Of a DNA stretch of 64,000 nucleotides, positions 44,086-53,485 are shown piece by piece. How positions within the stretch are numbered: position 1 is the first letter of the stretch; each line of letters opens with the position of its first letter. The notes beneath the pieces are model-generated. The model was not told where the DNA came from, made no database searches, and was given only the letters and a program-made list of their open reading frames with translations. The stretch comes from Ignavibacteriota bacterium. GTDB taxonomy: Bacteria; Bacteroidota; Ignavibacteria; UBA10030; SZUA-254. The DNA lies in the NCBI GenBank assembly GCA_963727845.1, contig CAVSHI010000003.1:937913-1001912 (forward strand). Direction: 5' to 3'. The position numbers and the translations under genes are program-made.

Positions 44086-46392
44086 TTGTTCCCTGTGCTC
44101 AACGCTCGGCGGGTTTTGGCTTGCGCAGTATGCCTGGTGGGATTCGCGGCGGTCAACTCATCGCTGTCCCTCGCCGGAATTGGAGACTGGAAGACATACA
44201 CGGCCAAAAACGAAGTGCGCGGCGTGGTCTTCGACGGGCGCACGGGAACAGTCTGGGCCGCAACCAGCGGCGGGTTGTTTTCGTATCATGTTTCTGACAG
44301 CACGTTTAACGGTATCACGACCTCCGACGGTCTGAAGACAATCGACCTAACGGCGATTGCCATCGATAGCAATGAGACAATCTGGTCGGGTGGATCGGAC
44401 GGATTCGTTCACGCCTATCACCCGGCATCGGGACAATGGCAGTATGTTTCCGACATATTCTCTCTCAATGCTCCTCAAAAACAGGTGAACGCGCTCGAAG
44501 TCATGGGTGATACACTGTTCATCCTTTCCGATGTCGGTGTCAGCACGTTCTCCATTTCCCGGATGGAATTCGGCGATACGTACTCGCGATTTGGCTCGGC
44601 GCCGAACCAGCTTGCGAGCAATGCCACGTCGGTACAGATCTTTGACGGACAGATCTGGGTATCCACGGGCAGCGGCATCGCGTCAACCCCGACGTCGAAT
44701 GAGAATCCATCGGCGCCTGAATCGTGGCAGGTGTATACTGTGGCTCAGGGATTGCCCTCGAATTCAATTTCAGGACTCGCCGTTCTCAACGGTACTCTCT
44801 ATGCCGGAACCGGTACGGGCTTGGCCTATTTCACCGGGACTTCGTGGACCAGCGTCCCGGGAACTCTTGCGTTGAACATTATCAATCTTGCATTCCATCC
44901 AGGTTGTCCCGGATGCTCGCCGAATGATCCGCCTTCGATCAGTTTTGTCACACCGACTCAGTACGGCACGGTCACGAATTCGAATACCGTGAGTCTCTCC
45001 GGTGTTCCATACACACTCACCGCCGTCGCGGGGGGGAATACTCCCGTTCTGGGAACTCAATCCGCGGGAGCGTTGATACAACGGAAAGGTCCGTGGATTT
45101 CTATCGTACCGCCGGGTCCTCCGACGAACGGATTTTACGGCATGGCTGTAGATGATAGAGGAGTTTTCTGGTCCGGGACAGGAACAACGAGCACGATTGG
45201 TTTCATGCGATTCGACGGACAAACATGGCGAGTGTACAATCCCCAGACCGACCCCGAATTGGGCAGTGTAGATAGCGGAGCCGGCGCCCCGTTCCGGATC
45301 GACGTTGGAGCCAACGGTACGAAGTGGGTAAGTCTGTTCGGTGCCGGCGTTGCAATGGTCAATCAGAACGACGTCATCGCGCATGTCTTCAACACTTACA
45401 ACGGACTGGCGAATACAACCAACCAAAACGGTAATGCACGCTTCGTCGTTGTCATGGGAGTTGCCACAGATCTTCAGGGAAATGCATGGATAAATGTCCG
45501 GTGGCCTACAAACTCTTTGGCGCTCGCGGTTTACACTCCGTCGACAGGGTCGTTTCGTTACGTTCAGTACCCCGCCCCCGTCCCGTCGATACCCGTTCTC
45601 TCCGGTCTCGCGATTGATTCGTACGGGACCCTCTGGTTCTCGAATCAGATCGATGGCAGCAATACCCCGCCCGGTCTCGTGCTCTACAATCCAGCATCAG
45701 GTTGGGATGTTGTAACCGTGTCCGACGGCCTCACAAGTAATGTAGTCTCCGCTGTCGCAGTCGACAATGATCAGAACATATGGGTAGGGACTCCTTCGGG
45801 TGGAATCAACATCATTTATGACCCGACCAGTCCCCACGATCACATACTGATTTATCATCCTCTGAACGATCAGATCATCTATAGTATCCTTGTCGACCCC
45901 ATTAACAACAAGTGGGTCGGGACGAACAACGGTGTGTTTGTCCTCTCATCGGATGGGACGTCGATCCTCAACCAGTACACAATGGAGTCGACCGACGGAA
46001 AGATACCCGACAACAACATAACTTCGCTCGCGATGGACAACAAGGCTGGAATCGTATACATTGGAACGTCGAAGGGTCTTGCCGCGCTTCCGACAACGGC
46101 CGCAGCTCCCGTGCAGAGCTTTTCGGGCCTCAAGTTTTCTCCAAACCCTTTTCTTCTGCCTTCCGCGAAACAACTTACCGTCGACGGACTGGTCGAAGGC
46201 TCGTCCTTGAAAATTCTATCAATTGATGGAAAGTTGATCCGGGATCTGACCACACCGGGAGGCCGGCTGGGGTTCTGGGATGGTACGGACAACAACGGGA
46301 ATCTTGTCGGGACCGGAGTGTACATCGTCGTCGCTTATTCTTCCGATGGGACTCAGGTGGCGACCGGGAAGGTAGCGGTGGTTCGAAAATGA
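44086..46392 (+). CDS. secreted beta-propeller protein (two-component-regulator 'Reg_prop' repeats) with T9SS C-terminal sorting domain
   Basis: Signal peptide, then repeated …W.(G|A)T..G(L|V).. units (WAATSGGLFSY, IWSGGSDGFVHAY, LYAGTGTGLAYF, WVGTNNGVFVL, VYIGTSKGLAAL). C-terminal ~80 aa (…FSPNPF…KILSIDGKLIRDL…WDGTDNNGNLVGTGVYIV…) resembles a T9SS type-A CTD. TTG/GTG start. Confidence 0.6.
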   Translation: MFPVLNARRVLACAVCLVGFAAVNSSLSLAGIGDWKTYTAKNEVRGVVFDGRTGTVWAATSGGLFSYHVSDSTFNGITTSDGLKTIDLTAIAIDSNETIWSGGSDGFVHAYHPASGQWQYVSDIFSLNAPQKQVNALEVMGDTLFILSDVGVSTFSISRMEFGDTYSRFGSAPNQLASNATSVQIFDGQIWVSTGSGIASTPTSNENPSAPESWQVYTVAQGLPSNSISGLAVLNGTLYAGTGTGLAYFTGTSWTSVPGTLALNIINLAFHPGCPGCSPNDPPSISFVTPTQYGTVTNSNTVSLSGVPYTLTAVAGGNTPVLGTQSAGALIQRKGPWISIVPPGPPTNGFYGMAVDDRGVFWSGTGTTSTIGFMRFDGQTWRVYNPQTDPELGSVDSGAGAPFRIDVGANGTKWVSLFGAGVAMVNQNDVIAHVFNTYNGLANTTNQNGNARFVVVMGVATDLQGNAWINVRWPTNSLALAVYTPSTGSFRYVQYPAPVPSIPVLSGLAIDSYGTLWFSNQIDGSNTPPGLVLYNPASGWDVVTVSDGLTSNVVSAVAVDNDQNIWVGTPSGGINIIYDPTSPHDHILIYHPLNDQIIYSILVDPINNKWVGTNNGVFVLSSDGTSILNQYTMESTDGKIPDNNITSLAMDNKAGIVYIGTSKGLAALPTTAAAPVQSFSGLKFSPNPFLLPSAKQLTVDGLVEGSSLKILSIDGKLIRDLTTPGGRLGFWDGTDNNGNLVGTGVYIVVAYSSDGTQVATGKVAVVRK

Positions 46393-47072
46393 TGGAAGAC
46401 CCGATCGTGGCAAGCGACCTTCCCGTAACTGCAACCATCATTAATTTCCGAACGCCCGACCTGTTGAAACGCGCGGCGGAAAGCCTGCTGAAGTATTACC
46501 CCAATATCACGGCACTTTTGATCGACAACGGCTCCGGTAACGGAAGCGCGGGAGCGATAGAGACAATCCGGCTACGGAATCCCGCGCACACAGAGGTCAT
46601 ATTGAATGGTGAAAACCTTCACCACGGACCCGCTATGGACCAGGCTCTCCGGCATCTCCGGTCGCGGTACGTTCTGTTCCTGGACTCCGATGCCGAGCTC
46701 CGCGCCGGCCGATTTCTCGAAATGATGGTAAACGCGGCGGAAGAGCATCCGGGCGTGTATGCTGTGGGGCATTGCGTTCGAATGAACAAGCGTGGATTTG
46801 ATGTCCCCCGGGAGAAGGGGGGAACTCCGTATATCCGCCCGTATTGCATGTTGATACGGCGAGAGTTATATTTGACTCTCCCGAGTTTTGAACGGCACGG
46901 CACCCCGTGCCTGGCGAACATGAAAGCCGCCGTCGATCGCGGCCTGACGCTGGTTGACTTTCCCGTTTACGATTACGTCGCCCATGAAGGCCGGGGGACA
47001 GCAGGAAAATTCGGTTACCAACTCGGCGTACGCGGCAAGTTCAATCATGTTATGAATAAACTTGGCTGGTAG
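46389..47072 (+). CDS. glycosyltransferase family 2
   Basis: GT-A fold with DxD (LFLDSDAE) and TATIINFRTPDLL N-terminus; start overlaps the upstream stop. Confidence 0.7.
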   Translation: MMEDPIVASDLPVTATIINFRTPDLLKRAAESLLKYYPNITALLIDNGSGNGSAGAIETIRLRNPAHTEVILNGENLHHGPAMDQALRHLRSRYVLFLDSDAELRAGRFLEMMVNAAEEHPGVYAVGHCVRMNKRGFDVPREKGGTPYIRPYCMLIRRELYLTLPSFERHGTPCLANMKAAVDRGLTLVDFPVYDYVAHEGRGTAGKFGYQLGVRGKFNHVMNKLGW

Positions 47073-47085
47073 GGCCTGAACGTTC

Positions 47086-47469
47086 ATGAAGAAAAAAACA
47101 ATCCTCATAGTCGAAGACAGTCCCGGTTTTTCCGAGCTCATGAAGTATGTGGTGGAAGATGAAGGATATACCGGAGTCATATTTCCCCTCGAGGAAAACT
47201 TCCTTCACTGGGTCGAAAAGGAAAAACCGGCCGCCATTATCATGGATCTGGCTCTCAACCGCATGAGCGGCTTCGATTTCATCCGCGAGCTGAAGAACAG
47301 CGGGAAACTCAAACACATCCCCGTTATCGTCATCACGGGCAAGGACCTGGGCGCGCATGATATTGCAGAGCTGAAAATGCTCGACATTCCCTATCTCCGC
47401 AAGGGACGCGTTGACATGCATGAAATCCATCAAGCCATCAAGAACGCGGTTGGAGCATCGGAAAGTTGA
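47086..47469 (+). CDS. single-domain response regulator (CheY-like receiver)
   Basis: ILIVEDSP…(phospho-acceptor Asp in IIMDLAL)…PVIVITGK receiver motifs; no output domain. Confidence 0.75.
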   Translation: MKKKTILIVEDSPGFSELMKYVVEDEGYTGVIFPLEENFLHWVEKEKPAAIIMDLALNRMSGFDFIRELKNSGKLKHIPVIVITGKDLGAHDIAELKMLDIPYLRKGRVDMHEIHQAIKNAVGASES

Positions 47470-47826
47470 TTCCGCAAGGGCAGGACTAATCTCCGCTTTT
47501 TCAAGACACCGTCCGTTCCCCGCGCCGCCTCACCATTTCCTTTAAATCTCAATGCGCGGAGGCCGTTGAGAATCACGACCTGCGCAGTGCCGCCATCCGC
47601 AAAAACAGTAACTTGGGAAACCATCCCGAACCTTCGGAATGTTTACCGAGAAAGTTCCAAGATCAACCTTGCGAAGGTTTACCGTTTCTGAGAGAACGCC
47701 TGGCTGAGCTCCGCTGGCATCGCGCGTTCCCAAATGGAATTTGGGAACGCGAACCGCCGCGGAATATCTCTTGACTTTCCGCAAGCCCTTCTGTACCTTG
47801 TGATTGTCAATTTGAGAAGCGTCTAA

Positions 47827-48876
47827 GTGAGGCCAGCATATTCCTCCAGACTATTAGGAGTCACCTTGAAAAACCATAAGAGTCGCATTCAACTAATTTC
47901 TATTTTGGGGTTTTCTCTTTTCAGTAAAACGGTTCTTCCTCAGGCTTCAATGGATTCGGTACAACAGGAAATGATCCGTTTTGTCGGAAAATTAGATAAC
48001 AATGCTGGATTACTTTTTGGCATGTATAATGAAAAAACGGGTGACGTCAAAATATTAACAGAAGGTGCAATAGATAAGAATGACGATCTTCGAGTCGCTT
48101 GTCCAATCACGAAACCGTGTGTTGCATATATGGTTTTAAAGGAAGGTTTGAATTTAAACTCGTCAATTAGTAAATGGTTTCCTGTGGAAAAAGGATACAC
48201 AAAAGCTGACACAATAACTCTACGGATGTTACTATATCACACAAGTGGCATCAGAGATTTTGCGAGAGTTGTTAAGATCGATCCCTATAAGAAAGTTACT
48301 CCGATTGAGACAATAAACCTTGCATATCAAAATCAGCCACTCGACTTTATACCCGGCTCAAGATACCAATACTCAAATACCGATTACAATATTCTTGGAA
48401 CAATCCTAGTGCAAACTAGGAATAAATCATTTGAGGGTTTGATAAAGGAATATTTTGGGCCAGTTTCCCCCACCTTACGCCTTGATGATGGTGAAGGAAA
48501 ATATCCTAGGGGTTATTCTAATCCGTGGCCATATCATTGGAGCACAACAGGATACGCGGGCGGCTTGATTTCGACAGCAGAAGATGCAATGAAAGTGTTT
48601 TCGTACATCTCCAAGTCTCCCGAATATCAACAAATGACGGAATGGATAAGAGATTCGGAAAAAAGTAATCATTTGGTCGGAATGGGCGTGTTTGCATTTG
48701 ACAACTTTCACAATTTGGGTAGGGCAGTTTACTACGATGGTGATATGATGGCAAACCAGATGTTCATAATTAAAATTGGCGATACCATTTATTATTTCCA
48801 CACTACTCACCAAGTAGTGCTGGAAGAACTGATAAATTTTTCATACAAAGTTATTTCATTAGTTCATAACAAATAG
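47827..48876 (+). CDS. beta-lactamase/PBP-family serine-hydrolase homologue, AT-rich, with non-canonical SxxK motif
   Basis: YSNTDYNILG (class-C/esterase Y-x-N element) and overall PF00144-like layout. At the expected S-x-x-K position the sequence is C-P-I-T-K. GC content and codon usage (AAA/AAT/TTT-rich) differ markedly from flanking genes. Start uncertain (TTG 47866 gives a signal-peptide-like N-terminus). Confidence 0.6.
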   Translation: MRPAYSSRLLGVTLKNHKSRIQLISILGFSLFSKTVLPQASMDSVQQEMIRFVGKLDNNAGLLFGMYNEKTGDVKILTEGAIDKNDDLRVACPITKPCVAYMVLKEGLNLNSSISKWFPVEKGYTKADTITLRMLLYHTSGIRDFARVVKIDPYKKVTPIETINLAYQNQPLDFIPGSRYQYSNTDYNILGTILVQTRNKSFEGLIKEYFGPVSPTLRLDDGEGKYPRGYSNPWPYHWSTTGYAGGLISTAEDAMKVFSYISKSPEYQQMTEWIRDSEKSNHLVGMGVFAFDNFHNLGRAVYYDGDMMANQMFIIKIGDTIYYFHTTHQVVLEELINFSYKVISLVHNK

Positions 48877-49132
48877 ATAATACCCCCCAACCAGTTGCTG
48901 TCCGAATGAGTCTCTCAGGGAAAACATCACCCCGACCAAAAGTCCGAAAGGTTCGAAGGATTTCTCTAGAGAATCATTTCCCCGCTCCGAAGGAGTCTCT
49001 TGGGGAAGGGGCATTCGAACGTGGCGTGTCGAGCAAACGACTCCAATCATAGTTCCTCCCTACGCAAAAAAAAAATCGGCGAGGAATTGCGATTGTGACG
49101 CACAATCTTAACATTAACTTAAGGATAAAACC

Positions 49133-49354
49133 ATGACAAATGACATAAATGTTTCTGCACACGATCATAGAGGGAAAAAAGGAATGAAAGACGGCGGGGC
49201 CTTCGGCAGTATTTATGGGCTGGCCTTCATCGGCGCTGCGGTTTACTACATCCAGCATTCCTCCACATTCTGGGAAGGCGTGCTCGGTATCCTCAAGGCC
49301 CTGGTTTGGCCTGCCTTGTTGATGTACAAATTGCTTGAGTTCCTCAAAATGTAG
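49133..49354 (+). CDS. small hypothetical membrane protein (73 aa)
   Basis: Two predicted TM helices (FGSIYGLAFIGAAVYYI, GVLGILKALVWPALLMY). Preceded by palindrome GATTGTGacgCACAATC and a reasonable RBS; coding status unproven. Confidence 0.4.
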   Translation: MTNDINVSAHDHRGKKGMKDGGAFGSIYGLAFIGAAVYYIQHSSTFWEGVLGILKALVWPALLMYKLLEFLKM

Positions 49355-49499
49355 GCACATTGGACCGCACATAGCCCCGATTCTGGCAAATCGTGGCTGA
49401 GAAACAACCCCGCACGCAGATACATCTTCTTGAATCTGAGGGTATCCCCGGGCAAGCCATTCCCACTAAAGGCCAACAGCTAATTACCAACAGCCGGTT

Positions 49500-51131
49500 T
49501 TACATCTTCTCCGGCGCGGCAATTCCGAGGATCGCACATCCGTTGGCAAGAACGGTTTTCGTCCCGAGACACAGCGCTATGCGCGCTGCGGTCACCGCCT
49601 TTTCCTCCGTGATCACCCTATGGGCATGGTAAAATTTGTGAAAACTCCCCGCCGCCGCCTGGAGGTACTCTGCAAGTCGGTGCGGCTCGAACGTCACCGC
49701 ACAGGATTCAACCATATCCGGAAAATCGGCGAGCTGTTTCATGAGCGCCATCTCCTCGGCGTGGGAGAGCAGTGAGAGATCCGCCGGTGAACTGCCGTCG
49801 ATTCCCTGGCTCTCCGCGTGACGGAGTATGCTCGCGATCCGCGCATGGGCATACTGCAGGTAGTAGACGGGATTCTCCTCCGAACGCTCTTTCGCAAGCT
49901 TCAGATCAAAATTCAAGTGACTGTCGATGCTCCGCATGAGGAAGAAATAGCGCACGACGTCGGCTCCGACTTCCTCGATCAGCTCATCGAGCGTGATGAA
50001 ATTTGCCTTCCTCGTGGACATCTTTACGACTTCGCCGCCCTGCACGATTGTTACAAACTGGTGAATGAGCACTTTCACCTTCGTCGCGTCGAGCCCGAGC
50101 GCCCGCAGGCCCGCCAGCACGTCGGGATATGTGGCAACGTGGTCGGCTCCGAACACATCGACGACGAGCTCAAACCCGCGCCGGAATTTCTCCCGGTGGT
50201 ACGCAATATCCGGAAGGCGGTACGTCGGCTCGCCCGTGCTCTTCACGATAACCTTGTCTTTCTCGCCGCCCAGCGCACTTGCTTTGAACCACACGGCGCC
50301 GTCCTGGTCATATGCCAGCCCCTTTGCCCGTAATTCTTCGATGATCTCTTTTATCTTACCGGTCTCGTACAACGAGTTCTCGTTATAGAACACATCGAAC
50401 TCGATCCCGAGCCGTTGCAAAGTTTTTTTGATGTCGTCGAAAATCTCCCCTTCGGCCTGCCGCTTAAACATTCCTTCCGCCGGCTCGGCTTTCAGTCTGT
50501 CGCCGTGCTCGTCCTTCAGATGGCCGGCAATGGCCTTGATGTACTCGCCCTGATAATAGTCTGCGGGATATTCGGCCTTTTCTCCGAAGAGCTCCAGATA
50601 GCGCAGCCGGACCGAATCTCCGAGTATGCGCATCTGCCTGCCGGCGTTGTTGAAATAATACTCCCGCGTAACGTCGTAGCCGGTCCACTCAAGCAGCCGC
50701 GCTACGGTATCGCCGAACACGGCCCCGCGGCCATGACCGACGGTCAGCGGTCCGGTCGGGTTGGCGCTCACAAACTCGACTTGCGTTTTCTTCCGGAATC
50801 CGAGGTTGAGCCGACCGAACTCCTTGCCGGCGCGCACGATGTTGCCAAGCTGTTGCTCAAAGAACTTCGCGGTAAAATGAAAATTGATGAAGCCCGGCCC
50901 GGCAATTTCAACACGGTCGACGAAAGAAGTGTCGACATCCAGGCTGTCAACGATGCGCTGGGCGAGCTGGCGAGGAGGTTCCCCTGCCTGTTTTGCAACG
51001 ACCATCGCGATATTCGTTGTGAGGTCGCCATGCTCCGGAACGCGCGGCTTCTCGAACGTCGGCAGGGCAGAATCGCCCACACCGATGGCCTTCAAGGCCG
51101 AACCAACCCGCTCGCGAAGATACTGTTTCAT
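49500..51131 (-). CDS. argS: arginine--tRNA ligase
   Basis: Class I aaRS with HIGH-type motif region (SANPTGPLTVGHGRG) and DALR anticodon-binding C-terminus. Confidence 0.9.
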   Translation of the reverse strand: MKQYLRERVGSALKAIGVGDSALPTFEKPRVPEHGDLTTNIAMVVAKQAGEPPRQLAQRIVDSLDVDTSFVDRVEIAGPGFINFHFTAKFFEQQLGNIVRAGKEFGRLNLGFRKKTQVEFVSANPTGPLTVGHGRGAVFGDTVARLLEWTGYDVTREYYFNNAGRQMRILGDSVRLRYLELFGEKAEYPADYYQGEYIKAIAGHLKDEHGDRLKAEPAEGMFKRQAEGEIFDDIKKTLQRLGIEFDVFYNENSLYETGKIKEIIEELRAKGLAYDQDGAVWFKASALGGEKDKVIVKSTGEPTYRLPDIAYHREKFRRGFELVVDVFGADHVATYPDVLAGLRALGLDATKVKVLIHQFVTIVQGGEVVKMSTRKANFITLDELIEEVGADVVRYFFLMRSIDSHLNFDLKLAKERSEENPVYYLQYAHARIASILRHAESQGIDGSSPADLSLLSHAEEMALMKQLADFPDMVESCAVTFEPHRLAEYLQAAAGSFHKFYHAHRVITEEKAVTAARIALCLGTKTVLANGCAILGIAAPEKM

Positions 51132-51523
51132 GAACTCTTGGCCGTCGCTTTCTTCCGGGGAGTTCTTTTCCTGGGAGCTTTATCTTCCACCGCTTCGATC
51201 TTTGCATCGCCCCAGAGTTTTTCGAGGGCATAAAATGAACGGGCATCCTTATGAAAGATATGGACGACGACATCAACATAATCCAGTAAAATCCATTGCC
51301 GCTGGGAAACACCTTCGCGGTGCCAGAGTTGCACCCCCAGTTTATCCATCCCATCGGCGACGGCGTCGGCAATGGCTTTCACCTGGACTTCGGAATCTGC
51401 GGAACTGACAATAAAAAAATCCGTCATGTCGGTCACCTTCCGCAAGTCCATGATCATGACATCAAGGGCTTTCTTCGTGTGTGCGAGCTGGGCAATCTTC
51501 TTCGCAAGCGCTTTTGTCGTCAA
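51128..51523 (-). CDS. rsfS: ribosomal silencing factor RsfS (Iojap)
   Basis: 131 aa with the Iojap-like core (…DVMIMDLRKVTDMTDFFIVSSADS…WILLDYVDVVVHIFH…). Confidence 0.85.
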   Translation of the reverse strand: MTTKALAKKIAQLAHTKKALDVMIMDLRKVTDMTDFFIVSSADSEVQVKAIADAVADGMDKLGVQLWHREGVSQRQWILLDYVDVVVHIFHKDARSFYALEKLWGDAKIEAVEDKAPRKRTPRKKATAKSS

Positions 51524-51541
51524 TCTTCACTCCCTCCTTTG

Positions 51542-52069
51542 TTAGTGTGAATGGGGAAGGGTGGCATAATCCTCCCCGATGATAACTGATACATCGACAT
51601 AATAATCAGGACTTAATTGTTGAATCACGTTTTGGTTTTCCACTCCGAGCGCAAGCGCTACTTCGCGGGCGGCATCCAGATTACCTACGCGATCGACAAC
51701 GAGTGTTTGGGGGACACGCGAGGATTTGTAATTTTTTACTTCGACGACATCGAACCCGTGTGCGCGCAGGTAGTCGGTAAACTTCGCGCCGACATTTTTC
51801 GCTCCGCAGCCGTTGATGACATCCAGCTGAAGAACACGAACCGGTCTGGCCTTCACCGTGTCCGGGGCGGAGGGCGAAGATGCAAAGTAATTATTCGAGA
51901 TGAACGCATAGGAAAAGTATCCGGTTGCCAGGACAAGAACGACAATAAGAATGTTCAGAACCATCACCGCGAGTCGTGGTCGCCGTTTGGGCCGGGCAGG
52001 CCTCATCCTCCTGGTGTCACTCCGTTGTGACTTTTCTGTCACACTACGTACCCTGCGGGGGAAACACAA
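51542..52069 (-). CDS. LytR_C (LytR/CpsA/Psr C-terminal) domain membrane protein
   Basis: N-terminal TM anchor then LytR_C-like domain (VLQLDVINGCGAKNVGAKFTDYLRAHGFDVVEV…VSVIIGEDY). Probable start MRPARPK (52006). Confidence 0.6.
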   Translation of the reverse strand: MCFPRRVRSVTEKSQRSDTRRMRPARPKRRPRLAVMVLNILIVVLVLATGYFSYAFISNNYFASSPSAPDTVKARPVRVLQLDVINGCGAKNVGAKFTDYLRAHGFDVVEVKNYKSSRVPQTLVVDRVGNLDAAREVALALGVENQNVIQQLSPDYYVDVSVIIGEDYATLPHSH

Positions 52070-52151
52070 AAAAGCCGAGTTAGCAACATGCAGAGTGACT
52101 AACCCGGCAAAATCTCAGAACAGTAATAGAGAAATCGGCGCCCAAAGGAAT

Positions 52152-52688
52152 TTATTGTTCTCCCGGCAGTGCAGAATACGGGGAGCGGTTGTACCACCCG
52201 TAGTAACCGAGCGGCATTTGCGCGTACTGAAGCCTGACAGAAAAATTCTCCCATGGCCGGTAATTCAATTCGGCCCGGCTCACAAACAGCTTACTCAAAT
52301 CGTTCTGCTGCAGCGATCCGCCTTGCGCGAAGGGAGAGCCCTGGAGCGTAAGGTCAAACCGCACATCGAGCGGGTCGGCAATCTTGTAGAACATGCTGTT
52401 CGTGTACGCTGCCAGCGACATCGATTGTCCGCCGAACGTAAAGTAGCTCATTGAAATATTCTGTCGCATCTGGAAATTATCCGGGTTGAACCAGCTCAGG
52501 AGACTTGAAATCCCGGATGGATGAACGAGATATTGCGAGGCGCTTGGCTGGTTATCGATCTCCGATTTAAATTGTGCAGAGGCGTTCGCCGACATCACAA
52601 TGCCTGCGAGGACCGCCGCCAGCACACTTTTCATCGCTGTACCTTTCATAACCATCATAATTATACACAAATCACGACTTATTGTCAA
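52152..52688 (-). CDS. hypothetical secreted/outer-membrane protein
   Basis: Signal peptide MKSVLAAVLAGIVMSANASAQ (start ~52634); beta-rich, ends with aromatic-rich segment. Confidence 0.5.
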   Translation of the reverse strand: MTISRDLCIIMMVMKGTAMKSVLAAVLAGIVMSANASAQFKSEIDNQPSASQYLVHPSGISSLLSWFNPDNFQMRQNISMSYFTFGGQSMSLAAYTNSMFYKIADPLDVRFDLTLQGSPFAQGGSLQQNDLSKLFVSRAELNYRPWENFSVRLQYAQMPLGYYGWYNRSPYSALPGEQ

Positions 52689-52705
52689 ACACTCCGCGAT
52701 GCCTC

Positions 52706-53479
52706 TTAACCCGCGCTACGCTTTGCCAGAACGCCCCGGGCATACTCCAGCTGTTCCGCGGTGTTGATCCCCATAACCTCAAACGGATCAATGGCTTTCA
52801 CAGCGGAGACGCGCCACTTGTTCTTCCAGAAAAACTCAAAGACGTCCGTCAGATAGTACTCACCCTGAGCGTTGTCCGGCTTCAGAAGTTCAAGGCATTC
52901 GAAGAGTCTCTGTTTTTTAAACACATAGATTCCCGAATTAATTTCCTTGATCGTTTTCTCCTCTTTTGAAGCGTCTTTGTCTTCGACAATTCTCTTCACG
53001 CTGCCGTCTTTGTGCCGCAAGATGCGACCGTAGCCCGCCGGGTCGTCAAACTCCGCGGACAGGATGGTCGCTAGCGCTTCGCTTGAGCGATGATAGCCGA
53101 GAAGCGCTTTCAGCGTCTTCTCCGAGAGAAGGGGGACATCGCCGGAGAGAACAAGCACATCGCCGTCAAACTCCGTGAGCGCCAACCTGGTCTGGAGGAC
53201 CGCGTGTCCAGTCCCGAGTTGTTCGGTCTGGTCGACGAACTCGGCCATCGCAAGTTTCTTTGAAACATGATCGACAACCGTTTGTCTTTGCCAGCCGACG
53301 ATCAGGAGAATGCGATGGGGCTGCAATGTTTGTGCCAATTGAACAGCGTATTCGATCATCGGTCGCCCATCGATCTCATACATTACTTTGGCCATTTCCG
53401 GATTCTTCATCCGCTTGCCTTTTCCGGCGGCAAGAACGATAACAGCCAGATGTTGGGGTTGTTTGGATTCCATTGCCAT
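52706..53479 (-). CDS. sugar-phosphate nucleotidyltransferase (GlmU N-terminal-domain-like, no LbH acetyltransferase domain)
   Basis: LAAGKGKRM nucleotide-binding motif and GT-A like fold; 257 aa only. Confidence 0.7.
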   Translation of the reverse strand: MAMESKQPQHLAVIVLAAGKGKRMKNPEMAKVMYEIDGRPMIEYAVQLAQTLQPHRILLIVGWQRQTVVDHVSKKLAMAEFVDQTEQLGTGHAVLQTRLALTEFDGDVLVLSGDVPLLSEKTLKALLGYHRSSEALATILSAEFDDPAGYGRILRHKDGSVKRIVEDKDASKEEKTIKEINSGIYVFKKQRLFECLELLKPDNAQGEYYLTDVFEFFWKNKWRVSAVKAIDPFEVMGINTAEQLEYARGVLAKRSAG

Positions 53480-53485
53480 AAGTGT

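Noticed and set aside
44770-45426. 218-aa minus-strand ORF inside the propeller/T9SS-CTD gene
   Set aside because: Antisense shadow; the + strand frame has clear repeat architecture and CTD.
47430-47784. Small minus-strand ORFs (64 and 80 aa) in the intergenic region upstream of the beta-lactamase-family gene
   Set aside because: No RBS or start context and biased composition; likely noncoding.
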